Source: Felis catus (lineage: Eukaryota). From it: a stretch of DNA of 64,000 nucleotides. This document shows, one piece after another, positions 12,411 to 24,978 of the stretch (within the stretch, counting starts at the first letter, position 1; the number at the start of each line of letters is the position of its first letter). The position numbers were made by a program, and so were the translations under genes. The stretch lies in NCBI RefSeq assembly GCF_018350175.1, contig NC_058368.1, positions 32,738,001 through 32,802,000 of the forward strand. The letters run 5' to 3'. The notes under the pieces are model-generated. The model searched no databases. It saw only the letters and a list, made by a program, of their open reading frames with translations, and was not told the origin of the DNA.

Positions 12411-13709
12411 AGAGTTCAGTGCGATCAACTCTAACATATTGTGTTTACATGGGAAATGCATGGCCATTGTCCAGAAATTTGAATTCTTTTATGGGAGATA
12501 TGACAGACAAAGTCTTATAAGTAAAATAAACATGAGTAAAATGAATTTTCAATAAAGTCCAAATTAATTTATCATTCAAACTGAGACACTTTGGAAAACA
12601 AAGTTATGCCATTGATAATTATGTCAAGTCAACATGTTTATATCCAGATTTGGATTCAGAATCACCCTGAATAAATGGAACTATAACGTAGTTCATTGTC
12701 AATACATGAAAGTTAGATTTCCTGCATGCAAATCATTCTTGCACCAGTTTCTGAACCTGAACAGAAAGAAGCAGAATATGTTTCCAAATGTCTCAGATTG
12801 CCCAGACCTCCATCCAACAGGGATATTTTGGCCTATTCAGAGTTTCTAAGCTTCTATACCTTGGAGACACCTTAGTTAATGTGACTCAATTTTTAGTGAA
12901 TCTAGAGAAAAACCTTTTATTCACTGTTATTACAAATTTACATTTTACCTTATCAATCTGTCTTATCCACATTTTGGCACAGAGTTTCTAGGATTAAACG
13001 CGTGCTTTGTCCTTATTCCTTGCCAAGTTCCTGTTATTACCCCTTATATTTAGAGACCTAACCTGAAACTTTTACCAGTATGATAAGCATACTGTCTCTC
13101 TTTCATTGACCAGAGCTTGTTCTCATATTTAGGCTCCTAGATTGGATCTTGTTGATATTGACAAGTCAATTATCAATCCATCTTATTGAGTGTTCACTCA
13201 TTTGAGAAATAACATTCAGTGCTCAGCTTAACACTCAGAGATCTGTTGATACAATAGCAAACAAGATGGAACCCCTACTAACAAGGAGCTATTACAATCA
13301 AGTGGTAAAGACAATAGATACTAAAGTTAACAGCTTCCTCTACCAAACCTCACCTACAAGGCTCTACTTTGAGAGAAAACATTTGCAGTTGGGTCACTTT
13401 ACTTTGTACCCATATTGCCCTGCTGGAAATATTTCATATTGTTCATATATGCTTGCTCCCTGCTACCATGGCAATTTAATTATGCCCCACTACTTTGAGA
13501 GAAGCTTAACAGATAGGACTGTATACTTAGTAAGGAATGGTTGAGTCCCAAGTACACAGAAGTTAAAGGACAACTTTTGTTTTTCTTTCGGTTGGTTTTG
13601 TATTGCCCATATAAAAGCAAACATATGTCCTCAAATATGAAAAATCACCACAATGTAAACATAGTCAAGAATCTTATTGGTGGAAATTAGAAAATCATAT
13701 GTGAACATC

Positions 13710-13880
13710 TTTAATCCTGGATTTACAGCTTTCACAGTTAACTTCCTAACTTTCAGAAATCTCATTCTCCAAATAGGTAAAATCACTGTATTTTATTTTT
13801 TTAAGGTAATGAGTCACAAATGCAAAAGTGAATGGAACATCTGTTATAGGCACTGGCATATAATCAAAGTACATTGAACA
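13710..13880 (+). mobile_element. MIR relic
   Basis: cagttaacttcc..ctcattctccaaataggtaaaatc..ggcactggcatataat. Confidence 0.45.
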
Positions 13881-13899
13881 CGGGGGTCCTCATGTGTAA

Positions 13900-15655
13900 T
13901 GAAAACAAACCACGGCTGCCTCTGCGTCCAGGTACTTGGTGGGTTGCTGCAGAAGCCCTGATGGTGCAGGGTGGCACGGAATTCAAGCAAACCTGACCTA
14001 GTTTTTAAGGGAAGACAGAATGCAACTTTGGGGATCTTTGTATACAGTTGAAAATGAAGAAGTTGGTTTGGCATTGAAGGACCTTGCTAAGGACTCTGAC
14101 AAGCTAGTAGGTTGCAAAAGTAAAGCAGGAAAGATAATAGAAGAAGTATGTTAAAAAGCAATTGAGCATGAAACAGGAAATGAAAATTATAAGACAATAG
14201 GAATTGCCACAGTTGAGTATTTTCACCTCCAAGACTAAGAAAAGGTAAAAAAACAAAACAAAAAAAACCACTTGTTGGAGGACTGGTTGTATATTAAAAG
14301 CAGAGAACTGAAGTCTAACAGAGCTGAAACCTTTGGCTTTCAATAAAATGATATCAAAATTGTCATAAATGAGAAAGAACTTCAATTAGGAGAAACACAA
14401 AGAACGAGTAGTAACACAATGTAAAAACTATAGTGCTCTAACTAAAGCAGTCTGAAGAGGATGTGAGATAAACTTCAGGTTGGAGAAGAAGAGAAAAATA
14501 AAACCAAAATAAAAGAATAAGAAGAATTTGGAGGATTTATAGACTATGAAGATTATCAGAGAGGGTTGAATAGGTGGTAAATCCAGAAACAACATGCAAC
14601 TAACCAGACAGGCAGAGCAACCAGAATTCCTCCATCAGAAAGAAAAGCCCTTATTTTACCTATGGGATATCATCAGTAGGGCAGAGCTTTCCTGAAAAGA
14701 AAATAATATGGAGTAGTCTTGCTGTGTCTGTTGGACACTGACACATTTTCCGAGTGTTGCAGAGAACTGAATAACTATGCAGTGCTCCAGCTGGATACAG
14801 CATGGAGCTACTTCTACTTGGAACAACTGGGATGCTTTGAAATTGCAGGAAAAAAAATACAGTTATCCTAGAACTCCTTTAAAATTGCTGTGATGAAAAA
14901 CTATCAGAGACTGAACCACATAAAGGAAATTGTGGGAAAGAGAAGGTACTGTTTTTAAGACTTACTTGCTTCTAGGTGTCTGAAATTATCATGATGGAAA
15001 TGGTGTAGAACCTTGTGAGTATCTCAATAGGGCACATCAACACTTTAAACAGTCCTGTATTGATCTGTCACAAGTTCACAATTTGTTGCAGTTGGGATTT
15101 ACTGCTGAGGAAGCCTGGCTTGGACTAGGCATGTGACAAGCACATGGATCGGGTAGCCACTCACACTAGCAACCAAAGAGAGGACTTGGCCCAAATAAGA
15201 AAAGAGGACAAAGAAGAAAAGACATTAACTGGAGAAAATACTCTTTGAAAGGAATGGGCTACTCTACTACTGTAGCCAAGCATGGCTCTCTATCAGGCCC
15301 TGAGGATTGCTCTCAGCAATCACCAGGTGTGTTGGTTAAATGATTGAGATCCTGATACCAACAACCATCAAGAAAGCCCTCTGTAAGGGGTGCCTGGGTG
15401 GCTCAGTCGGTTGAGCGTCCAACTTTGGCTCAGATCATGATCTCATGGTCTGCGAGTTTGAGCCCCCATCAGGCTCTGTCAGAGCCTGGAGCCTGTTTCA
15501 GATTCTGTGTCTCCCTCTCTCTCTGCCCCTCCCCTGCTCATGCTCTGTCTCTCTCTCTCTCTCTGTCAAAAATAGATAAACATTAAAAAAAAATTTAAGA
15601 AGTCTTCTGTAAAATATTAGCCAGTTGGTGCATATGGGCCTTGACATGGTAGCAT
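13900..15655 (+). pseudogene. NUB1: Processed pseudogene of NUB1 (negative regulator of ubiquitin-like proteins 1), SINE-interrupted and 3'-incomplete
   Basis: Manual translation gives colinear intronless blocks QANLT*FLREDRMQLW (13984), [17 protein letters not shown] (14041), [35 protein letters not shown] (14602), NYAVLQLDTAWSYFYLEQLGC (about 14773), NLLQLGFTAEEAWLGL (about 15080), GMGYST (15251) and NISQLVHMGLD after the SINE. These match recalled NUB1 ([70 protein letters not shown]...). Start codon position reads GTG at 13971; many stops and frameshifts. Confidence 0.93.
15387..15596 (+). mobile_element. Can-SINE inserted in the NUB1 pseudogene
   Basis: ggggtgcctgggtggctcagtcgg head; TSD aagaaagccctctgtaa / aagaagtcttctgtaa. 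Confidence 0.95.
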
Positions 15656-16837
15656 CATTCTGAATTTCTAATTTTGACAGTTGTATCTTCAAGTCCAAAA
15701 ATCTTCACAAAGAATTTTCCTTATTTTGGGTTCCATTTAAGAAATATTAGTGTTTGTCTAGACACTTCATAATAGTCCCTCTTAATATATTTAACTTTGT
15801 CATGTTAAAAAATGGTAAAATAATCAAAGCAGATTCTCTCTCTTTCAAATCTACGACTTAAATTATATTATGTATGGCAAAACTTTATAGTATATCTAGC
15901 CAAAAGATGGTTTTAAAAATATGAATATTTTGTGAGAAATAAAAATGCAAATAATATTTGAATCAAATTATGATTACTTCAAATGAATAAAGATATTTAA
16001 ATGTAAACAGTTGCTCATCTAGTTTCTATGTTGGCACTAAAAATGCATAATTTTATTTGCCTCTGAATTTCAATGTTTAGTTACTATAATAAATTACTAT
16101 TACATAATTTTTCCATTTCCAATTTGTGGCGGCAAATAAAACATTAAATATAATCCATGTATTCTTTTTGGTTTACTTATCTATGTATATATTTTTATTC
16201 AAATTCATATTTTTAAATCATCTAAAAAATTAAATAATAGAACTATTTCTTTTATTTCTTCTACAGAACTTGATGGCTATGGATTTTGTGCACTTAGCCT
16301 GTTATGCAAGATGGGATTTTTAGAAATTATGATTTTAATATATGCAGACCATCCTCAATTGAGAATAGGTGGGGTTCTAAAAAAATTGAATTGTGTGAAA
16401 GTTTCAACAATGCATGGAACACATGATCTCAAATTAGCAATGTTATATACAAGGCTGACATTTTTATGATTTTGCCTACCAAAGTTATTATTTCACCTCT
16501 AATAAACTGGAGCCATAGTAATGTGTTGTATGCCTTCAAACGTAAGCAACCATAATGAATTTATCTCTATGATAAAATATATTCTTAAATTTAGCAAGAA
16601 TAGTCACTCTGTAGCTCATTAATCACTAATCCTCAACAGGTCTCCCCCTGATAAGCCCTAAAGCTCCTTTTGCTGACCCCTGCCATCCTGGCTACATGTT
16701 GACTAGCAAGGGCAGGCACAGAGGTTATAGAGGAAAATGAATCATAGGCATCAGGATTTTGAATATAGGAGTAGACTGATATCCGGGAAGATAGAGAAAG
16801 GAAAAATGGGTCAGTATTGAGAACAGATCTCTTTCAC

Positions 16838-16898
16838 CTTTCTCAGAATATCTCTTCACTTGCCTCTTCACTTTCTCAGAATATCTCTTCACTTGCCT
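16838..16898. repeat. 33-bp-period tandem duplication
   Basis: ctttctcagaatatctcttcacttgcct at 16838 and 16871. Confidence 0.9.
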
Positions 16899-17189
16899 TC
16901 CTTTTCCTTTCCACTCACACTCCCAAAGATGACCACAGTTTCCTCTACTATTATCCTTGGTTATTATTAGGCTCTTGTTCATTTTAGCGCCTTTATTCAA
17001 AACAGTTGTCACTGAAGTTTTTAATTAAAATTTCTTTTTCAAAGCTAGAGCATGGCCTTTAAAGTTTTTGTTTCATTTTCTATTATAATAAATAGCAAAG
17101 AGGAAATGGAAGTATTTTAAACTTTGAACTCCTTCTTTTTAGTCATATAATCTATATATAAAAAGGTATCATTTGTCTTTATGAAAAAA

Positions 17190-17560
17190 ATTATTTAATA
17201 CAATTTGTTTGGGCACACAGCAGTTCTAGGCATTTTCTTATGGGGAATCTGGATAGTCTCAGCTGTTCTCCATATGTCCTAAATTCTTCTTTTGGAACTA
17301 GGTGTCTGGGCCAGGGATATTTTTCTCATGGAGTTGGCTGTATCACAGGATAGAAATCCCAACTGCTCATGCACTTTCTAGCCATTGGTCAACTTATACT
17401 TGCTAACATTCAATTGGCTAAAGCCAATTATTTGCAAAATTCAAAGTCAGGGGGTGGAAAAGTATCTTCAACATTTTAAATGGGATAAACATCAAAGTCA
17501 AATAGTGAAGAGTATAGCTGTGTGGATGCATAAAATAGTGAGGCCATTAATATACCACAA
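17190..17560 (-). mobile_element. Old MLT1 (G/H-like) LTR relic
   Basis: tgctaacattcaattggctaaagc..caaagtcagggggtggaaaagtat..caaagtcaaatag..ataccaca. Confidence 0.6.
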
Positions 17561-17657
17561 TTCTTCAAACACTATTTTGGTGGCATGTTGGAGAAAAGAA
17601 TTCTGAGATTCATTTAGGATTAAATGGGGTAGAAGGTGGACAATAACTTTTGTCTTG

Positions 17658-17880
17658 TTTTTAAAACTTTTATTTTTTAAAAAATTTATATTTGAGAGAG
17701 AGAGACAGAGACAGAATGCGAGAGGGAGACGGATATAGAGAGAGGGAGACACAGAATCTGAAGCAGGCTTCAGGCTCTGAGCTCAGCACAGAGCCTGTCC
17801 GGGGCTGGAACCCATGAACTATGAGATCATGACTTAAGCCAAAGTCGGGCGCTTAACCGACCGAGCCACCCAGGTGCCCC
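17658..17880 (-). mobile_element. Can-SINE
   Basis: SINEC body ending cgagccacccaggtgcccc. Confidence 0.93.
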
Positions 17881-18436
17881 AACTTTTTCCCTTCTAATAA
17901 GAATTTAGAAACAGATTGATTCTAAAGGGTGACCAATATTTCTGTAACTGATTGAGAAAGGAAGAATGTGCTATGAGAAATGATCAGATTGGTAAAAGAC
18001 AAGATAGTGGAAAAATTTTGGTCTAGGGCTTTGGTCTAAAAAAGCTAGATGATTGTGTATTTAATTCTGTATGTAATAGTATGTATGTAATAATAAGTTA
18101 TGGAAGATTTTGAACAGAGTAATGGCATACTGGCTTACTTTATGAAAGGAACATACTGGCTGCTATTTTGGTCTGAGTAATTGGAAGCATGTAGTTTTCA
18201 TTTACTGAGGGCTTGGGTACTTAAACATAATATTATTATCCTCTATCTAAACACTGATATTTTGTATTTAAAAATACATTTACAAAATCAAAAATACTTG
18301 AAAGGTATTTAAAGCTATCAGCTAGGGGTTTGTTTCGGGTTTTTTTGGAGTTTTAGATATAATTTATTGAAAAAGTCATTTTTGTTGTTTCTCTGGAATC
18401 TTATTCCTTTATGATCACTTTATTTTTTTTTCTTTG

Positions 18437-20110
18437 CAAATTTTTATTTAAATTCTAGTTAGTTCACATACAGTACAATATTGGTTTCAGGAGTAGAATT
18501 CAATGATTCATCACTTACATACAACCCCCAGTGCCCATCACAAGTGCCCTCCTTAATACCCATCCCCTACCTAGCCCATCCCCACTCACCTCCCTCCATC
18601 AACCCTCAGTTGTTCTCTATCACTCAGAGTCTCTTTTTTTTAAGTTTATTTATTTATTTTGAGAGAGACAGAGACAGCATGAGTGGGGGAGAGGCAGAGA
18701 GAGAGGGAGAGGGAGAGAGAGAGAATCCCAAGCAGGCTCCATTCTACCAGTGCAGAGTGTGAGGTGGGGCTCAAACACACAAAGGCATGAGATCATGACC
18801 TGAGCCAAAGCCAAGATTCAGATGCTTAACTGAGCCACCCAGGCACCCCATTCAGAGTCTCTAATGGTTTGTCTGTCTCTCTTTTTTTCCATATGTTCAT
18901 CTGTTTTGCTTCTTAAATTGCACACATGAGTGAAAATCATTTGTCTTTCTCTGTCTGACTTATTTTGCTTAGCATAATACACTCAAGCTCCATCCAAGTT
19001 GTTGCAAATGGCAAGATTTCATTCTCTTTGATGGCTGAGTGATATTCCGTTGTGTGTATGTATGTATGTATGTGTGTGTATACATAATCTTTAGCCATTC
19101 ATTAATAGATGGACATTTGGGCTCTTTCCACAGTTTGGTGATTGTTGCTAATGCTGCTGTAAACATTGGGGTGCATTTACCCCTTCAAAGCAGTATTTTT
19201 CTATCCTTTGAGAAAATACCTAGTAGTGCAAATGCTGGGTGCAAATGTAGGGTAGTTCTAGTTTTAATTTTTTGAGGAACCTCCATACTGTTTTCCAACA
19301 CGGCTGCACCAGTTTGCATTCCCACCAACAGTGCAAGAGGATTCATCTTTCTCCACATCCTCACCAACATCTGTTGTTTCTTGTGGTGTTGATTTTAGCC
19401 ATTCTGACAAGTATGAGGTAGTATCTCAGTGTGATTTTGATTTGTATTTCCCTGATGATGAGTGATGTTGGGCATCTTTTCATGTGTCTGTTAACTCTTT
19501 GTATGTCTTCCTTTTTGGAAAAATGTCTGTTCCTGTCTGCCCATTTCTTACCTGGGTTGTTTGTTTTTTGGGTGTTGAGTTTGATAAGTTCATTATAGCT
19601 TTTGGATACCTAACCCTTTTCCAGATAGGTCATTTGCAGATATCTTCTCCCATTCTGTCAGTTGCTTTTTATTTTTGTTTATTGTTCCTTCACTGTGCAG
19701 ATTTTTATCTTGATAAAGTCCTGATTGTTCATTTTTGGTTTTGTGTCCCTTGCCTCTGGAGATGTGTCTAGCAAGAAGTTGCTGGCTGAGGTCAAGGAGG
19801 TTGTTGCCTGTGTTGTCCTCTAGGATTTTGATGGTTTCCTGTTTCTGGGTTTTTTATTCTGTTCCATTGATCTATGTGTCTGTGTTTGTGCCAGTAACAT
19901 ACTGTCTTGATTACTAAAGGTTTGTGATGTAGCTTGAATTCTGGAATTGTGGTGTCTCCAGCTTTGCTTTTTCTTTCTCAGGAATTCTTTGGCTATTCAG
20001 GGTGTTTTGTTGTTCCATACAAGTTTTAGGATTATTTGTTCTAGCTCTGTGAAAAATGCTGGTGGTATTTTGATAAGGATTACATTAAATGTATAGATTG
20101 CTTTAGGTAT
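18437..20110 (-). mobile_element. Carnivore L1, 3' part of ORF2 plus 3'UTR (non-inverted arm)
   Basis: ORF track MFTAALATITKLWKEPKCPS is ORF2 C-terminus; arm ends at PKAIY-coding sequence; about 190-nt internal deletion near 19840 relative to the 49.25-49.44 kb copy. Confidence 0.92.
18635..18849 (-). mobile_element. Can-SINE inside L1 3'UTR
   Basis: TSD actcagagtctct / attcagagtctct. Confidence 0.93.
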
Positions 20111-20111
20111 T

Positions 20112-20450
20112 CAATGACATGATACTCTATGCAGAAATCCCAAAAGACTTCACCAAAAAATTTGCTAGAACTAATACGTGAATTCAGCAAAGTCACAGGA
20201 TATAAAATCAAGGTACAGAAATTTGTTGCATTTCTATACACCATAATGAAGCAGCAGAAAAAGAAATCAGGGAATCAATCCCATTTACAGTGACACCAAA
20301 AATAATAAGATACCTAGGACTAAACTAACCAAAGAGGTAAAAGATCTGTACTCTGAAAACTATAGAATACTTATGAAAGAAATTGAAGAGGACACAGAAA
20401 AATGGAAAAACATTCCATGCTTATGGATTGTAAGAACAAACATTATTAAA
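20112..20450 (+). mobile_element. Inverted 5' arm of the same L1 (ORF2 RT region)
   Basis: Encodes [43 protein letters not shown] with frameshifts; immediately 5' of the PKAIY break. Confidence 0.9.
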
Positions 20451-20949
20451 AAACTAGGGAATTTTAAATGTAAAATAAGAGTGAAGAGGTTGTTGTTATA
20501 TACTAATTCCTATAGCTGATTGCAAGGCCACAGGTGATATTTTCAACTGCTTTTCTCTTTTATCTATGCCATGTTTCCTTTGCTCTCAGGCAGCACCACA
20601 GAATACTTTATCTGGTAGGCTATTCCAAAATAACCTCATGCATGTAATTTGTTTTTTGTTTTTTGTTTGTTTGTTTGTTTGCACAAGATCAGTGGGCATG
20701 CACAGTCTTAGATTACAAGGAGTAGACCATATACTCTCAAGTAGGTCGTGGATATGATCACAAGATTCACCTCTTCATTCTATTTTTCACCCTCTGTATC
20801 CTTGTATTTTGTCTGGGAAGAAAAATGATGCCCCATATTAGTCAGTTGCTATGATTTAGGATAAGAAAAAAAAAACTTTCAAGTTGTTGTCACCATTTAG
20901 AATATTAGATATGTATTTTATATTAATTCCAGTGTACTCTAGGGCAACT

Positions 20950-23900
20950 ACTTCTGAAAGTTGGAATACATGTCAAGATTGGTGAGTCCCATGAGTAATA
21001 GTGTACAACCTTGTATCTTTAATTTTAAAAATCATTTTGGTCATAAGTATTATTGTTGGTTATATCATAATATTAAATAACACATTTAGTAATTTTCATA
21101 AGGTAATGCTTTCTAAAGTGTAGTGTGTATAATGGTGATTTCCAATCAGTAATGTCTCTTTTTCAGGGTGGGAAACATTCAGTGTAAAAAAAAAATCCAC
21201 CATACTATTTGATTGTCTGAGGGGATGATGACACATGGAATTGCTTCATGTCACTAGAAAATTCTACATCTACTAGTGTTGTCAATCAGGTCAGCCTTGA
21301 TAAGGGGAAGTCAATATTCGGCTATGTACAGTGTTTATCCCTGCTGCCACTATCACTTGGTTCATGAGTCCTTTGTGGGAAAACTGAGTGTGGCAGGGTA
21401 AAGGGTTACTTGACATTTATAGGCTTTCCTACAGTTGAAGGCTTTTTTGAGCATTCATACAGGACGAAGATATCACACTCTTGGAATATTTGAAGCTGAG
21501 CATTTGCATCCTTTTTTCCCAAAGCTGATCATTTGATTTCTAATATTGCTCTTAAAAACTTACTTAAAATATAGTCTATTAGCCCCAAATGTTAGACATC
21601 CTTACCTCTAACCATCTCTTCTTTCTAATAGAGGTAGCAGTGAGATATATCATTAGCATTTTCAGCCCAGGAGTGTCTCACCAAAATATTGCATGTTGTG
21701 CTGGTGCTAGAAAATTTTAGAGGTCTGTCTTTAAAATAAGACTAATTTTTTTCTGCATTATCTGTATATTTGTAATGTCTATGAAGCCATAAGTGTAGAT
21801 TGAGGAAAGTGATAGGGTGGATATTTTAGGCTAATGAGCTGTGTGCTCATGCAACCTACTCATGTCTTCAAACTTATTTGAACCTAGCCTCATCTCTAAT
21901 GTTCAATAATAAATATTGTTCACTGTGCATACAACACCAGCTCATGATGAGTACTCAAGTGATATCACCCGGAGTGATCACCTGGTATCTCAGAGTAAAC
22001 CATTCAGTTTATGTTAGTGCTCAGAAAAGCTAGGAACAACTTTTTAAAAAGGTATCTTTCCTTCTTTCCCCAAGATATCATGGATTATCTCCAGAACTCT
22101 AGGGGCATCTACTTAGGAATTCCAGTAAGAGTTTCTTATGGATTAAAGAGAATTCTACTCTGTCATATACTTGTTCGGGTCACTATATATAATCACGAAG
22201 ATTGGGCACTGTCTAATTCCAAGGAATCTCCCACATTTTTGTCAGCTTTGAATGGTATCCTTGGAGTTGCACAGTGAATGGAACTAATGCAGCCTGAACA
22301 TTGTACCTGTTGCCTCAAATAGTCCAGTAGTAGAGATGAGTATGTCACTGTCTGGAGAAGATTGAGAACCTTCACTTCCTTTAGATTCCACATAAAGTAG
22401 AAAGATTCCAGGTTTCCCAATATACATTTGTGTCCAAAATATCAATTTGTCTCCAAATTGTTAAAATATGCAATAGGTATGATATATCTTTTGCAATAAT
22501 AAAATATGCTGAGGGCAGTACTTGGTACTTTCCTTTGGATAATTTATTATAATATAAACTAAGACTACTTGACCTCTAAGACCATCATTGAATTGGGTAT
22601 CTTAACTTTTTGTTATTCTTTTATTAACTCATAACTTGGGATATTTGGTGTTTTGAGAATGTCTGGTGATTCTAGCTTTCCAAATGTTAGTAGAATGCTG
22701 TCACAGTGTAATTGAGAGTAGGACCTCCTATGGCATGATAAGATGATGATCAAAGTCCTTGTGGACTAAACTGTGGCCCAAGTCAGGGAGTTGACATTAT
22801 AAGCAGAATGTGTGCTAATATTACTGGCAGGTGAAAATATAGTTTCTAATAATCTCTGCTTGTTAGGATGGGTACAAGAGGATATTCTAGATCAATAGCT
22901 ACATACCAGTCAAGGGCTGTGTTGATTTCTTTGGTAAAAGTAGACATCTAAATTAACAGACGAAATTGAATTAAGTTTATAATAACTTAATGTATTAAAA
23001 AAACAGTATCTCATCTGTGTTCTATTTAGGGAAACAGATAAGTTACATATAGGAATCACCATCTTTCCTTGGTCATCTAAAGCTCAATAGTAATGTTTAT
23101 GATGACTGCAAGAATATGTTATTGCTTTTGGCTTACTGTTTGAAAAAAGAAAGCAGTTCCATTGGGTTTCATTAGACTCTTCCTATCATAAATGCTGTTT
23201 TATATGGGTAACTACTTCAACCATAAATTCAGAAACTAGAGATTTAACAGCCCACCATACCAATTATGTGTCAGGTGAAAATTTAATTTTCCCTCCTCAG
23301 TGCACAACGGTGTTATCCTGGACCACAGAAATAAACATTAATTTAGAGATGGTATCCAATCTAATCAATTTCCTAAATTTTGGTTATTTCCCTTTTAGCA
23401 GTGATTAATGATCCTGGTGAATGTTTGCAGGTGAATTTCTGTAGTGATAGAAGTATTTATAGTACACATTTGCATGTTATTTCTCAAAATTACTTACGAT
23501 TATTCTATTTCTAGATACTCTAAAGTCTATGAAGTAACTCAGGTATAGGAACTGAAATTAGGTATAGAAATGATTCTTAATGTCAGTGCTCTGTTTGCCA
23601 AACCTAGCATAAACTTTGGTTGTGAATAAGGCAGAATCTATTTGAAATATCAATCTCAGTCCTATAGACTCCATGATAAATTAGCAACCTTCCTGTTTGA
23701 TAATTCCTGTTTATCAAATCAGTCTGGTGATTTCTCTGATCTCATTTCTGGCCTATCCATTTTGTATCTGGGGTTAAATTTCAAGTGTTGCACCCCATCA
23801 ACAAGCCATCCCCAGGAGCAGTGCCATTCCTGCCTTTTCACAGATGCATGTACTCTTCTCACTAAAGGTGTTCTCGAGGCTTTGGTGAGTGTAATGTTTT

Positions 23901-24087
23901 CTGGGTCTCCTTAGTTTGGGGAATAGTTTAAGATATTATATGTGAGAAATGCATCCTTAAGTCCTTTTCTGCCTTCATCTACATATTCAAAGGCATTTTT
24001 AGGTTGTCCACTTATGTTAGTTTGAATGATCTTTCATCAAGATTTTAGTAACCATGCAAGTAAATTAAATGATTGTTTCTATGCAAG

Positions 24088-24140
<53 letters not shown>

Positions 24141-24978
24141 CACACACTGTATTCTTTTTTGATACAAGCTTTTTTCTCTGGCATTTGAATATGTAATTTC
24201 ATACATCTGCTGGAATCTGATTTTAGTTAAAGATAATAAGAGAGCTGTTGAGTATGGAAAATGGGAAGGATTGAATTCTCTTTGGAAGAAACGGCTTTGG
24301 TCAAATAATTTTAAGATTTTTGAGTAGGACAGGAATAGTCGCATAAGACAGAGGTAATGTCTCAGTTGGAAATAAAGGTTAGAGTCTGGATATTTGGTGT
24401 ATTTTAAGACATCCAAATCTCTCAATAGGTCCTTATGCCTACATTCAGGGTTTTATTCTTTTCCTTATCAAAGCTTTGTCACATTTGATGCATTGTCAGG
24501 TTGTTAATTCAACCTACATAAATTGAAAACCCTTAGGATCAAGTTTTAGTTTGATTTTCATCTATCTCAGCCTAGAGGCAAAAAGAAATGAGAGATACTG
24601 AAAATCCTTGGTTGTCTGTCTGAGTTTTGAGCTGAGAATTTAGAACCTTGAGCTTGTTACAGTTTTCTTTAAGCTATTCAGAAAAATTAAAAGCAACCAG
24701 CCCACCCTAGAGCCTTGGATTCCTCATACTCTTCATTCTGTTCTTTTTAGAGGTGACTCAATCTCTCAAAGCCTTGTCATTAATAGACACTTTATTCTAG
24801 GTGACCACAGGTAATAATTTAATTAGCTGTTTTTCTGCTAAATGTCATGGGCTGCCAGAATCCCATGTCTTAATCCAACTGGAATCTTCTCTGCCTTTAG
24901 CCACAAACCATAAAACAAATGCCACCTTCCTATCATGTTCCTAAATTAATGTTCCACAATTAATCCAGTTACCAATTT
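20950..24978 (-). mobile_element. Highly decayed ERV-L-like internal region (pro-RT-RNaseH-IN remnants; gag inferred by position)
   Basis: Minus-strand remnants in retroviral order: protease-like KGNNQ..LDTISKLMFI (about 23330-23400), WYVAIDL RT motif (about 22885-22910), PF*K..LAF..ALT*TEWFT RNaseH-like (about 21980-22050), THEPSDSGSR and LPLIKADL integrase zinc-finger region (about 21285-21370); ends at gttaccaatttt abutting an LTR. Confidence 0.75.
24093..24139. repeat. (AT)n microsatellite
   Basis: Pure AT run. Confidence 0.97.

Noticed and set aside
13844..14385. Minus-strand ORFs of 76 and 93 aa
   Set aside because: Antisense shadows of the NUB1 pseudogene
16267..16368. Strong plus-strand acceptor with an open frame (LDGYGFCALSLLCKMG...)
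   Set aside because: Weak donor, unrecognised peptide, and the 3' part resembles a DNA-transposon end
24045..24425. 126-aa ORF
   Set aside because: Low-complexity read-through of an (AT)n repeat within decayed ERV sequence
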